Source of the DNA: Myxococcota bacterium
Lineage (GTDB): Bacteria; Myxococcota_A; UBA9042; PHBI01; JAWLBL01
Assembly: GCA_041687695.1 (NCBI GenBank)
Contig: JAWLBL010000020.1
Span: 64,001 to 128,000, forward strand
Length of the DNA: 64,000 nt
Direction of reading: 5' to 3'
Below the pieces are notes generated by a model that had not been told where the DNA came from, did no database searches, and was given only the letters and a program-made list of their open reading frames with translations. This document shows, one piece after another, positions 37,328 to 45,991 of the stretch (positions are counted from its first letter, which is position 1; each line of letters opens with the position of its first letter). A program made the translations under genes and the position numbers.

Positions 37328-39678
37328 CGGCGGATCTCCTGGAGCAGCAGCCGCCCCAGGGCGACCGCCGCGCCGCGCGCCCGCCCGTCGTATCCGGTCA
37401 TCGGGCCGAGGCACGCCGGACAGCCCGACTCGCCACAGCCGCAGCCGGCCAACATCCCGAGCGCGCGCGCCAGGACGTCCGGGAACCGCTTGTGCAGCTC
37501 GCCCGCGAGGCCCACGCCCCCCGGCATGTTGTCGTACAGGAACACGGTCGGATCGAAGTCCTCGAGCCGCCCTCGGCCGCCGTCGACCCCGCCACCCTCG
37601 ATGGGCAGCGACACCCCGGCGCTGCGGTCGCCCACCACCCGGCCCAGGTCCCCCGAAGCGCACATCAGCGCCACGGTGGCCGTCGTGTGCAGCGCGTGGC
37701 TCAGCCCGACCAACCCGTCCAGCGCCGTCGCGCGGTCGTAGGGCAGCGCCTCGAGGACCGCGCTGGTCATCGTGAACCAGCAGGCCGTCGTGTGCATCTC
37801 GAGGTCGGGCAACGTGACCTCGCCGTAGCCCACGTTCTCGCCAGTGTGAAAGCGAATCTTCTTGAAGCCCGTGACCTTGGACGTGACCAGCACCTCGCCG
37901 TGCGCCAGCCCCAGCCGCCCCTCGTGGTCGACCTCCTCCTCGTCCAGCACGGCCACGCGGCTGTAGGTCATCGCCGTCGTGTAGTAGTCGGGCTCGACCC
38001 GCCGCACGAAGGCCTTGTGGTTCGGGTAGTCGAGCCGCTCGACCTGGTACTGCAGCCCGTCGATGTTGTGGATGGCGTGCTCGTGCAGCGTCGTGTGGGC
38101 GCTGCGGAAGTCGACCTCGGCCAGGATGCGGTCCTGCGGGACCTCGATGACGACGAAGTTCTCCTCGGGCACGCCGCGCAGGTTCACGTGGGTCGCCGGG
38201 AAGACGCGCTCCATCCAATGAAAGCGCCCCTGGCTCTCGTTGAGGACTCCGTGGCTCTCGAGGTAGCGCAGGACCTCGGTCGTGTCCTTCAGCGAGAGAT
38301 CCCCGAACGCCTCGTCGGGCTCGAAGGGCAGCTCGAAGGCCGCGCACTTCATGTGGTCGACCAGCACGAACAGGTTGTTCGAGTCGATGCGCGCGTGCTC
38401 GGGCGAGGCGCCCAGCAGCGTGTCCGGGTGGGTCACCAGGTACTGATCGACCGCCGACGACCGAGCGATCCAGACCGTCAGCGACTTGCCGTGCCGACGC
38501 CCGGCGCGCCCGCTCTGCTGCCACAGGCTGGCGATGGACCCCGGGTAGCCGGCGATGATGCACGCCTCGAGGCTGCCGATGTCGATGCCCAGCTCGAGCG
38601 CGTTGGTCGCGACCACTCCGCGGACGGACCCGTCCCGGAGCCCCGCCTCGATGCGCCGCCGGTGGTTGGGCAGGTAGCCGCCGCGATAGCCCTGCACGAG
38701 GTCCGCCGGCAGGTGGGCCTTGGTCACCGCCTCGCGCAGGTACTTGAGGATGATCTCGACCTGCAGCCGGCTGCCGGCGAACACGATGGTCGACACGCCC
38801 GACGTGATGAGGTCGGCGGCCAGGCGGTGGCTGGTCTTCAGCACGCCCGCGCGCAGGCCCAGCTGCTGGTTGACCACCGGCGGGTTGTAGCAGACCAGGT
38901 GGTGCTCGCCCGTCGGGGCCCCAGACTCGCCGACGAGGTCCAGCGCGACGCCGGTCAGGCGCGTCGCCAGCTCGACCGGGTTGGCGATGGTCGCCGAGCA
39001 GCAGATGAACTGCGGGTCGCTGCCGTAGAACCGGCAGATGCGTCGCAGCCGGCGCAGCAGGTTCGCGACGTGGCTGCCGAAGATGCCGCGATAGGTGTGC
39101 AGCTCGTCGATGACGACGTAGCGCAGGTTCTCGAACAGCTTCAGCCACTTGGTGTGCTGGGGCAGGATGCCCGAGTGCAGCATGTCGGGGTTGGTGATGA
39201 CAACGTGGCCGTGGTCGCGCACCGCCCGCCGCGCGTCGGGGGGCGTGTCCCCGTCGAAGGTGAACGTCCCGATGTCCGCGCCCGTCGCCTCGATGAGCGC
39301 GTGCAGGCCCGAGTACTGGTCCTGGCTGAGCGCCTTGGTCGGGAAGATGTACAGCGCGCGCGTCTCGGGCTCGCGCAGCACCCGGTCGAGCACCGGCACG
39401 TTGTAGCAGAGCGTCTTGCCCGACGCCGTGGGCGTCGTCAGCACCAGATGCTTGCCGGCCCGCACCGTCGCGATGGCCTGGGCCTGGTGGGCGTACGGCC
39501 GCTCGATGCCCAACCGCGCCAGGCTCTCCTGCAGCACCGGGTGCAGGTCGTCCGGGAACGCCCCGAACCGCGGCAGCCGCGGCGGCCGCACGTGGTGCGC
39601 CGTCACCTGCGGGCCGTGCTCTCGGCCGCCGGTCAGGTCCGCGATGATGTCGTCGAGGGTCCGCGTTTCCAGCAGCAT
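37324..39678 (-). CDS. mrfA: YprA/MrfA-like DEAH helicase with DUF1998 Cys cluster
   Basis: TPTASGKT, PTKALSQDQ, TNPDMLH, DELH, SAT, TNALELGIDIG, QQSGRAGR, LYD..PGG.G, CGC..SGCPAC. Confidence 0.92.
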   Translation of the reverse strand: MLLETRTLDDIIADLTGGREHGPQVTAHHVRPPRLPRFGAFPDDLHPVLQESLARLGIERPYAHQAQAIATVRAGKHLVLTTPTASGKTLCYNVPVLDRVLREPETRALYIFPTKALSQDQYSGLHALIEATGADIGTFTFDGDTPPDARRAVRDHGHVVITNPDMLHSGILPQHTKWLKLFENLRYVVIDELHTYRGIFGSHVANLLRRLRRICRFYGSDPQFICCSATIANPVELATRLTGVALDLVGESGAPTGEHHLVCYNPPVVNQQLGLRAGVLKTSHRLAADLITSGVSTIVFAGSRLQVEIILKYLREAVTKAHLPADLVQGYRGGYLPNHRRRIEAGLRDGSVRGVVATNALELGIDIGSLEACIIAGYPGSIASLWQQSGRAGRRHGKSLTVWIARSSAVDQYLVTHPDTLLGASPEHARIDSNNLFVLVDHMKCAAFELPFEPDEAFGDLSLKDTTEVLRYLESHGVLNESQGRFHWMERVFPATHVNLRGVPEENFVVIEVPQDRILAEVDFRSAHTTLHEHAIHNIDGLQYQVERLDYPNHKAFVRRVEPDYYTTAMTYSRVAVLDEEEVDHEGRLGLAHGEVLVTSKVTGFKKIRFHTGENVGYGEVTLPDLEMHTTACWFTMTSAVLEALPYDRATALDGLVGLSHALHTTATVALMCASGDLGRVVGDRSAGVSLPIEGGGVDGGRGRLEDFDPTVFLYDNMPGGVGLAGELHKRFPDVLARALGMLAGCGCGESGCPACLGPMTGYDGRARGAAVALGRLLLQEIRR

Positions 39679-39705
39679 GGCGCGCGCACGGCAGGGCAGG
39701 GGTGG

Positions 39706-39723
39706 CCTGAACAAATATCCAGG
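39706..39723 (-). promoter_or_regulatory. Putative LexA (SOS) box upstream of mrfA
   Basis: Minus strand CTGGATATTTGTTCAGG matches 15/17 positions of the Myxococcus xanthus LexA consensus as I recall it (CTRHAMRYBYGTTCAGS); ~28 bp upstream of the ATG. Confidence 0.7.
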
Positions 39724-39793
39724 CCGAATCTATCCATCCCCCACGCCCGGGTCAACGTCGGCGCTGCCCCCTGGTCCCACCCCTCTTCGAAAC

Positions 39794-39822
39794 GAGAGAG
39801 CCCGCACGCGGCGGGCTCTCTC
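39794..39822 (-). terminator. Hairpin terminator after the last gltF-like copy
   Basis: 12-bp stem GAGAGAGCCCGC/GCGGGCTCTCTC followed by GTTT on the minus strand. Confidence 0.7.
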
Positions 39823-39843
39823 CATCGGCGACCTCGCCTCGGG

Positions 39844-40089
39844 TCACTTGAAGACCCGCTCCTTCGAGGTCTGGAGCAGCGCCGCCTCGAAGCTCTTCTT
39901 GAGCTTGAGCAGCCGCTCGAACTCGGGCCGGCGATCCGACTGCGAGACCAGCGCCGACGGCGCCTTCCTGGCGCCATCGATGACCTGGTCACCGAAGTCG
40001 ATGAACTGCTCACGCGGCGGCTTGGCGAACGCTGCGCCCGAGAGGGTGACGAGGGAGAGAACGGCCACAGAGGCGACGACCTGCTTCAT
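39844..40089 (-). CDS. Small secreted CglF/GltF-like protein (copy C)
   Basis: AGGAGG RBS; signal peptide; FIDFGDQVIDG...P...FERLLKLKKSF; follows gltE-like gene cluster. Confidence 0.75.
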   Translation of the reverse strand: MKQVVASVAVLSLVTLSGAAFAKPPREQFIDFGDQVIDGARKAPSALVSQSDRRPEFERLLKLKKSFEAALLQTSKERVFK

Positions 40090-40214
40090 GGAACTCCTCC
40101 TTGGGTGGCGACCCGGTCGGACGAGCATGACGCGCCGCGTCAGCGCTGTCGAAGGACGCACGCTCGGCGCATGTAACCCGGCGTCATCTGCACGCGACGG
40201 CCGCTGTCTGGCGC

Positions 40215-40460
40215 CTACTTGAAGACGCGCGCCTTCGACGTCTGGATGAGAGCGGGCATGAAGCTCTTCTTCGTCGGTCGGCTCCACGCCACGCAGAAGT
40301 GGAAGTCATGGGGAGAGCGCCGAGCAGCAGGTGGTTCGGGAGCTGCATCCACCACCCGCCCCTCGGCGTCGTAGCAGGGAAACTTCGCCGCATCCTGATG
40401 CGCCCGCGCAGGACCTACGGCCATCGCCATGGCCGCTACAGCGAGCAGCAAGGAGTTCAC
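40215..40460 (-). CDS. Small secreted, diverged CglF/GltF-like paralogue (copy B)
   Basis: GGAGG RBS and GTG start; signal peptide (ARA); same length as copy C; keeps the tail KKSFMPALIQTSKARVFK. Confidence 0.65.
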   Translation of the reverse strand: MNSLLLAVAAMAMAVGPARAHQDAAKFPCYDAEGRVVDAAPEPPAARRSPHDFHFCVAWSRPTKKSFMPALIQTSKARVFK

Positions 40461-40505
40461 GCGGCCTCCATCGTCGCACCGAGCCGTCGGGTGTTCGAAA
40501 CGAAA

Positions 40506-40526
40506 GAGCCCGCGCGAGGCGGGCTC
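40506..40526 (-). terminator. Hairpin terminator after the first gltF-like copy
   Basis: GAGCCCGC/GCGGGCTC stem then TTTCGTTT on the minus strand; homologous to the hairpin at 39794. Confidence 0.7.
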
Positions 40527-40551
40527 CTTCAGGCGGCGACGTCGCCTCGGG

Positions 40552-40800
40552 TCACTTGAAGACCCGCTCCTTGGACGTCTGCAGCAGGGCGCTCATGAAG
40601 CTCTTCTTGAGGTTCAGGAGCTTGTCGAACTTCACCTTGTCGCGGCTGTCGGTGTACAGCGCGGTCGGCTTTTTGATCTCGCCGTCGATGAGCTGGTCCG
40701 AGAAGTCGTAGAACTTGGACTTGGGCTCGTTGGCGTGGGCGAGACCGGTGAACGCACCGAGAGAGAGCGCGACGAGCGAGGCGGCGAACAGCTTCTTCAT
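40552..40800 (-). CDS. gltF: Small secreted CglF/GltF-like gliding protein (copy A)
   Basis: GGAGG RBS; signal peptide (AHA); FYDFSDQLIDGEIKKP...KFDKLLNLKKSF; directly downstream of the gltE-like gene. Confidence 0.75.
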   Translation of the reverse strand: MKKLFAASLVALSLGAFTGLAHANEPKSKFYDFSDQLIDGEIKKPTALYTDSRDKVKFDKLLNLKKSFMSALLQTSKERVFK

Positions 40801-40833
40801 GACATTCCTCCGGGTGGTTCCAACCGTCGACAG

Positions 40834-40863
40834 ATGATGGCGCAAGCCCGTCCGCCGCGTCAA
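40834..40863 (-). promoter_or_regulatory. Possible internal promoter for gltF copy A
   Basis: Minus strand TTGACG-N18-CATCAT. Confidence 0.35.
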
Positions 40864-40891
40864 GCGGGCAGGGGCATCGGCCGAGGTCGCG

Positions 40892-42466
40892 TCAGGACTC
40901 GGTCGGCGCGTCCTGGGCGGGCGCCTCCTCCGGCGCCGGGGTGGGGGCCTCCTCCTCGGCCGGAGCCGGCGAGGCCTCGGGCGCGGGCGCCGCGTCGCCC
41001 TCGGGCGTCGGCTCGGCCGCGGGCGCGGGCGCCGCGTCGCCCTCGGGCGTCGGCTCGCCCTCGCCCCCCTCGGGCGCCGGCGGCGGCTCTTCCGGCGGCA
41101 TCATCGCCTTGAGGCCACCCTTGGCGATGATGTCCTTGAGGACCTTCACGATGCCCTCGACCTTGGTCTTGTCCTCGGGCGACGGGTTGCCCTTGGCCAG
41201 GAACAGGTCGAAGTACTTCACCGCGTTATCCAGATCCTGCAGCTTGATCTGGTAGATGTCCGCGATGCGCCGGTACAGCTCGCCGCGCTCGGGGCGCTTG
41301 GCGACGAAGTCGTCGTAGCAGGCGATGGCCTTCTTCAGCTGCGCCTTGGGGTCCGCGGCGCCGCCGGCCATGCCGAACGCCGAGTCACACAGGCCCTCGT
41401 GCGCCTCGACGTTGAGCGGCTCGACCTCGAGCACGCGCGCGTAGTGCTCGTTCGCCTCGGCGTAGTTCAGGTGCTCGAGCAACATGGCCGCGATGTTCAT
41501 GCGGACGTCCATGTTGTCGGGATCCTGGTCGAGCGCGTCCTTGAAGTAGCGCATCGCCAGCGGGCGCTGCCCGAGCATGATGTAGGTGTAGCCCAGGTTG
41601 GTCAGCGCCTCGGTCGACGCCGGGTCCTGCTGCAGCACCTTGTTCTTGAAGATCCACTCGGCGATGAGCAGCTTGCCCTGCTTGAGGTTGATGAGGCCGC
41701 GCGTGTTCAGGCCCGTCACGTTCGTCGGGTCGACGTACAGGACCTCCTTGACGTAGCGCTCGGCCGTCTCGAGGTCGCCCTGCGACAGGTAGTACAGCGC
41801 GACCGCGTTGTTCACGGCCGGGTCGTCGGACGCCTTGGCCTGGACGCGATCGAGCAGATCCTTGGCCTTGACCATCCAGTCGTCGTGCTCGGCCGTGTTC
41901 CCGAGCAGCTTGGCCGTGCGCGCCTTGCCCAGATAGATCTTGGCGATGTACGCGTTGGCCGAGGCGCTCTCGGGGTTGGCGTCCAGCGCGCTCTGGTAGA
42001 CCGTCAGCGCGTCGTTCTGCTTGCCCTGGCGCTCGAGCGTCATGCCCAGGTTGAAGTAGGCCTCGAGGAAGCCCTTGTCCTTGGCGATGGCCTCCTTGAA
42101 CTTGGCCGCGCCCGCCTTGTAGTCCGGCTTGGCGCTCACGACCGCCTTGACGCCGTCGCGGAAGGCGTCCTGCGCCTCCTTGTCGATGCCGTCCAGGTAA
42201 TCCGGCGCCTTGACGGCCTCGAGCTCGCGGACCTTGAACTCGTCCTCGCTCAGGCCCGTCTTGCCGGCCTGCCCCTGCGCCCCGGCGCCAGTCTTCCCAG
42301 CGCCCGGATCGGTCGCCTTGGCCGTCCCCGTCCCCGCGCCGGTGGTCCCGGCCGGGTCCGTCGTCTTGACCTGCTGCCCCGACCCGCCGCAGGCCATCAG
42401 CGACAGGCCCGCAGCGAAGACCGAGGCGCGCACCAGCTTCTTCATGTTCCAGATGTACAGGTTCAT
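40892..42466 (-). CDS. gltE: TPR lipoprotein, GltE/AglT-like
   Basis: LMAC lipobox; many TPRs (EAYFNLG, EALTNLG); Pro/Glu-rich tail; lies between gltD-like and gltF-like genes. Confidence 0.75.
   Translation of the reverse strand: MNLYIWNMKKLVRASVFAAGLSLMACGGSGQQVKTTDPAGTTGAGTGTAKATDPGAGKTGAGAQGQAGKTGLSEDEFKVRELEAVKAPDYLDGIDKEAQDAFRDGVKAVVSAKPDYKAGAAKFKEAIAKDKGFLEAYFNLGMTLERQGKQNDALTVYQSALDANPESASANAYIAKIYLGKARTAKLLGNTAEHDDWMVKAKDLLDRVQAKASDDPAVNNAVALYYLSQGDLETAERYVKEVLYVDPTNVTGLNTRGLINLKQGKLLIAEWIFKNKVLQQDPASTEALTNLGYTYIMLGQRPLAMRYFKDALDQDPDNMDVRMNIAAMLLEHLNYAEANEHYARVLEVEPLNVEAHEGLCDSAFGMAGGAADPKAQLKKAIACYDDFVAKRPERGELYRRIADIYQIKLQDLDNAVKYFDLFLAKGNPSPEDKTKVEGIVKVLKDIIAKGGLKAMMPPEEPPPAPEGGEGEPTPEGDAAPAPAAEPTPEGDAAPAPEASPAPAEEEAPTPAPEEAPAQDAPTES
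40979..41057. repeat. 37-bp direct repeat (42-bp period) encoding EPTPEGDAAPAP twice
   Basis: Identical copies at 40979-41015 and 41021-41057. Confidence 0.9.
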
Positions 42467-42487
42467 GGTCGCGTTCTCCTCGGTCCC

Positions 42488-45400
42488 TTACTTCGTGAAG
42501 TCGACGACCGTGTCACCCTGGCGGATGACGCGGATGAAGTTCGTCGACTGCACGGTGTCCTTGGTCTTGTCGGGCTTGAGCCTGAAGCTCGAGATCGGGA
42601 ACTCGTCCGGGTTGACCTTCGCGGCGTACTCGGCGCTCAGGCGCGACCACTTGTTGTAGACGTTCTTGTCGAGCGCCTGCTTGAGCGCCAGCGTGAACGC
42701 CGTCAGCGCCTTCTCCTGGATGGGCGCGGCGATCTCCTCGAGCTGGAACCGGTACTCGTCGATGTCGTCCTCGGTCAGCCCGGGCGGCACCGGCGCGTTG
42801 AACAGCCCCTCGGCGAACTCGTAGTACAGCTGGCCCAGGCGGAAGGCGGCGGCCGCGGCCATGCCCGGATCCTGGAACGCCAGCACCTTGTCGAAGGCGA
42901 CCGACGTGTCCTGCAGCGCCTCGGCCTTGCCCTTGAGGGTCTTGCCCAGCAGGTTCATGTCGAAGTCGCCGCGCTTGTTGACCGCCTCGATCTTCATCGC
43001 GTCGAAGTCGTCGAACGCGTACTCGGCCAGCTCCAGCGCCGCCATCGCGGCGTAGGCCTTCGTCGCGTCCTCGGCCTTGCCCGGCTCCTTCTCGTTGAGC
43101 TTGTTCCAGTCCTTGAGCGCCCCCTCGAGCAGCTTGGTCGCCACCCGGCGGTTCTTGACCTTGTCGGCCTTCTTGTAGGCCACGCCCGCCGCCGCGACGG
43201 CGCGGATCTTGTACTGGACGTCGCTCTTGCCGAACGCCTTGGCCACCTTCTCGAAGGTCTTGGCCGCCTCGATCTGCGCCTTGGGGTCGTCCTTGCGGCT
43301 GATGGTCTCGGCGCTCTGGAAGGCCACGACCGACGCGTCCTCCTTCTTCGGGAACAGCTTCACGTACCGCTCGAAGGTGTCGTGCGCCTTGTCGTACTCC
43401 TCGAGCGCCGCGTAGATGAGGCCGGCGTTCCGGATGGCGTCCGACGCCTGCTCGTTCTCCTTGAACCGCTCCATCTCGATGAAGGCGGTCGCGGCCTCGG
43501 CGAACTGCGTCTGGTTCTCGTACAGCACGCCGATGTCGAACTGGGCCTTCACCGCCACCTCCTCCTTGGGGTAGCGCTTGATGACCTCCTCGTACGCCTC
43601 GACCGCCTGCGGGAACCGACGCGCCGACTCGTGGATGACGCCGACGTTGTACAGCGCCGCCGACGCAAGCTTCGGGTTGGACCGGCCGAACTCGTCGACG
43701 ATCTCACGCTGCACGCGCACCGCCTCGTCGAACATCCGCTGCTTGGTCAGGTCGCGGGCGTGCTCGGTCTTGGCGATGGCGATCATCTGCTCGAGCTCTT
43801 CCTTCGTCTTGACCTTGAAGTTGCGCTCCTTGATGAGCTTGCGCGCCCACTCCTCGATCTTCTCCCAGTGCTTCAGACGCGCGTAGCAGTCGATGATGAC
43901 GTTCACCGCGACGCTGGCCATCCGGTGCTTGGGGTACAGATCGAAGATGACCATCAGACGCTCGACCGCGTCCCGGAACTCGCCGTGCATGTAGAAGGTC
44001 TGCGCGGCGATGAACATGATGTTCGGGATCATCTTGCCGCGGTCCGGGTACTTCTTGCGGAAGGCCTCGTCCTGGAGCGCCGTGTTCATGACCTTGACGT
44101 AGGCGTCGGCGGCCGCGATGTAGCGCTGCTCGAGGTCGTGCAGCGGCGTCTTCGGAATCGGCGCCATCTCGTCCTTGAGGTCGCGCTTCTCCTCGACGTA
44201 CTCGATCTCGCCCTGCTTGACCTCGGGGCGCAGCCCCGCCTTCACCATCAGGCCTTCGATGGCGTAGACCGCGCCCAGCGCCGCGTCCTCGACGAACTCG
44301 CCCTTGCTGTCGCGGCTGATGACCTTCTCATACTGGGCGGCCGCCTTCTCGTAGTCCTTGATCTGATCGTACAGGATCTCGGCGTAGTAGAAGCTGAGCT
44401 TGTAGGCCTCCTTGTGCTCCGGGAACCGGTCCAGGAACATCGCGTAGTAGTGCGCGGCGCGCTCGTACTGCGGCCCGGAGGGCTTCTTCTGGTCGTCGGC
44501 CTTCTGCGCGTCCTGGTGGTAGTGGTTCGCCAGGAAGAACAGGTTGGTCGCCATCAGGTCGTTGGCGGCCTGCCCGACGTCCGCGTTGCCCTTGTTGGCG
44601 TTGCGCCACGCGCCCTTGTCGTCCAGGAAGGCGACGAGGGTGTTGATCTCGGTCTCGATCTCACCCATGTCGCCGATCTTGCGGCGCAGCTCCATGATGG
44701 CGTCGAAGTACTCGACGACCTTCGCGGCCACCTTGTCGTGGTCGATGAGGTGCTTGTAGAGGTCGATGGCCTCGTCGTCGCGGTCCTTCGACCCGAGCAG
44801 CCCGGCCATGCGGTCGAGCTTCTTGTAGGTGTCGACCTCGCCGACCTGCTTCATGAAGTAGTCGCGCGCCATGCGCCAGCCGTTGTCCAGCTCGGCGTAG
44901 GTCACGACCAGGTCGTTCAGGGCCTGCTCGCGGAACTCGACGATGTTCTGCTTTTCGACCGCCGCGACGACCTTCTTGAAGGTGTCGATGGTCTTCTCGT
45001 ACTCGGTCAGGTTGAAGTAGACCCAGCCGAGCTTGTAGAGCGCGTAGTTGTACAGCGGGCTGTTCGGAAAGCTCTGGATGATCTTCTCGTAGTTGGTCTT
45101 CGCGTAGAACAGCGAGTCCGTCTCGAAGAAGTACTCACCCAGCGCCAGGTGGCTCTCGGCGATGAACCGGCTCTTCGGGTGCTGCTGCACCAGGTCCTGC
45201 AGGTGCTTGACGCCTTCCTTGGTCAGCTGCGAGTCCTTGCGCCCGCGTCCGGCCTGCATCGCCGCCTTGCCGAGGTAGTACATGACCTCGTCGATGCGGT
45301 TGTAGGCCGGGAACTGGGCCAGCACCTGCCGGTAGTAGCCAAGCGCGACGCTGTAGTCCTCGACCGGCTCCGTCGGCTCTTCGGCGCAGCGCTTCTCCTC

Positions 45401-45802
45401 GAAGCACGTCATGTTCTTGTCGTAGGTGTCGCGCGCCAGCAGGTACTGGTACTTCGACTCCTCCCAATGCGCCTCGGCGAGGCGGAACAGCACGTCCGCC
45501 TTCTTCTCGCTGGGCGGCCCCTGCGCGAGGAGCTTGTCGAGCGTGTCGATCTTCTTCTGCCGCAGCTCGCTCATCTTCGCCTGGATGGCCTTGGCCTTCT
45601 CATCGAAGTTCGCGCGCTCGAGCTGATCGAGGGAGAACCCGCCCTTGCCGGCGAGGGGCTTGCCGCCCTCCGGGGCCGCGGGCGCGGTCTCGGCGGCCGG
45701 AGCGGCCGGCTGGGCCCAGACCACCGGCGCCCCGATGGGCATGGTGATCAGGACGGCGACGGGGACGACCTTGGTCCTCAGGAGCCGGGACAACCTGCGC
45801 AT
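42488..45802 (-). CDS. gltD: Large periplasmic TPR protein, GltD/AgmU-like
   Basis: Signal peptide; LFRLAE, ALGEYFF, YALYKLGW, C-terminal APVPPGL...Y...LEE...P..EKA...YNKW; ~1100 aa; AGGAG RBS. Confidence 0.8.
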   Translation of the reverse strand: MRRLSRLLRTKVVPVAVLITMPIGAPVVWAQPAAPAAETAPAAPEGGKPLAGKGGFSLDQLERANFDEKAKAIQAKMSELRQKKIDTLDKLLAQGPPSEKKADVLFRLAEAHWEESKYQYLLARDTYDKNMTCFEEKRCAEEPTEPVEDYSVALGYYRQVLAQFPAYNRIDEVMYYLGKAAMQAGRGRKDSQLTKEGVKHLQDLVQQHPKSRFIAESHLALGEYFFETDSLFYAKTNYEKIIQSFPNSPLYNYALYKLGWVYFNLTEYEKTIDTFKKVVAAVEKQNIVEFREQALNDLVVTYAELDNGWRMARDYFMKQVGEVDTYKKLDRMAGLLGSKDRDDEAIDLYKHLIDHDKVAAKVVEYFDAIMELRRKIGDMGEIETEINTLVAFLDDKGAWRNANKGNADVGQAANDLMATNLFFLANHYHQDAQKADDQKKPSGPQYERAAHYYAMFLDRFPEHKEAYKLSFYYAEILYDQIKDYEKAAAQYEKVISRDSKGEFVEDAALGAVYAIEGLMVKAGLRPEVKQGEIEYVEEKRDLKDEMAPIPKTPLHDLEQRYIAAADAYVKVMNTALQDEAFRKKYPDRGKMIPNIMFIAAQTFYMHGEFRDAVERLMVIFDLYPKHRMASVAVNVIIDCYARLKHWEKIEEWARKLIKERNFKVKTKEELEQMIAIAKTEHARDLTKQRMFDEAVRVQREIVDEFGRSNPKLASAALYNVGVIHESARRFPQAVEAYEEVIKRYPKEEVAVKAQFDIGVLYENQTQFAEAATAFIEMERFKENEQASDAIRNAGLIYAALEEYDKAHDTFERYVKLFPKKEDASVVAFQSAETISRKDDPKAQIEAAKTFEKVAKAFGKSDVQYKIRAVAAAGVAYKKADKVKNRRVATKLLEGALKDWNKLNEKEPGKAEDATKAYAAMAALELAEYAFDDFDAMKIEAVNKRGDFDMNLLGKTLKGKAEALQDTSVAFDKVLAFQDPGMAAAAAFRLGQLYYEFAEGLFNAPVPPGLTEDDIDEYRFQLEEIAAPIQEKALTAFTLALKQALDKNVYNKWSRLSAEYAAKVNPDEFPISSFRLKPDKTKDTVQSTNFIRVIRQGDTVVDFTK

Positions 45803-45991
45803 GGCGCGTTCTCTCCTCGAGATGGGGACACGGTTCACGGCGCGGAGCTTCGCACCTTTGTCTCCGCGCGTCACGCCGGGGAACAGGCGTGACGGCGACG
45901 ATTCGTGCCCGGGGGCTTGACGGGTCTTGGCGGCGAGGGGCGTGGATACGACGAGGCGCACCCGAAGGTGCGCCCCATCATGGCCCGAGGC

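Noticed and set aside
36020..39678. DISARM/Druantia-type defence system suggested by the DUF1998 helicase
   Set aside because: Size and the coupled YprB exonuclease fit MrfAB; no methylase or drm genes nearby
39844..40800. RiPP precursor or toxin peptide array
   Set aside because: Sec-type signal peptides, a conserved C-terminus, no modifying enzymes or transporter nearby, and position after the gltE-like gene favour GltF
41399..45892. 1497-aa plus-strand ORF (and similar long antisense ORFs such as 55755-59012, 20532-23642, 2425-4575)
   Set aside because: Antisense shadows of real high-GC genes that have clear motifs on the opposite strand
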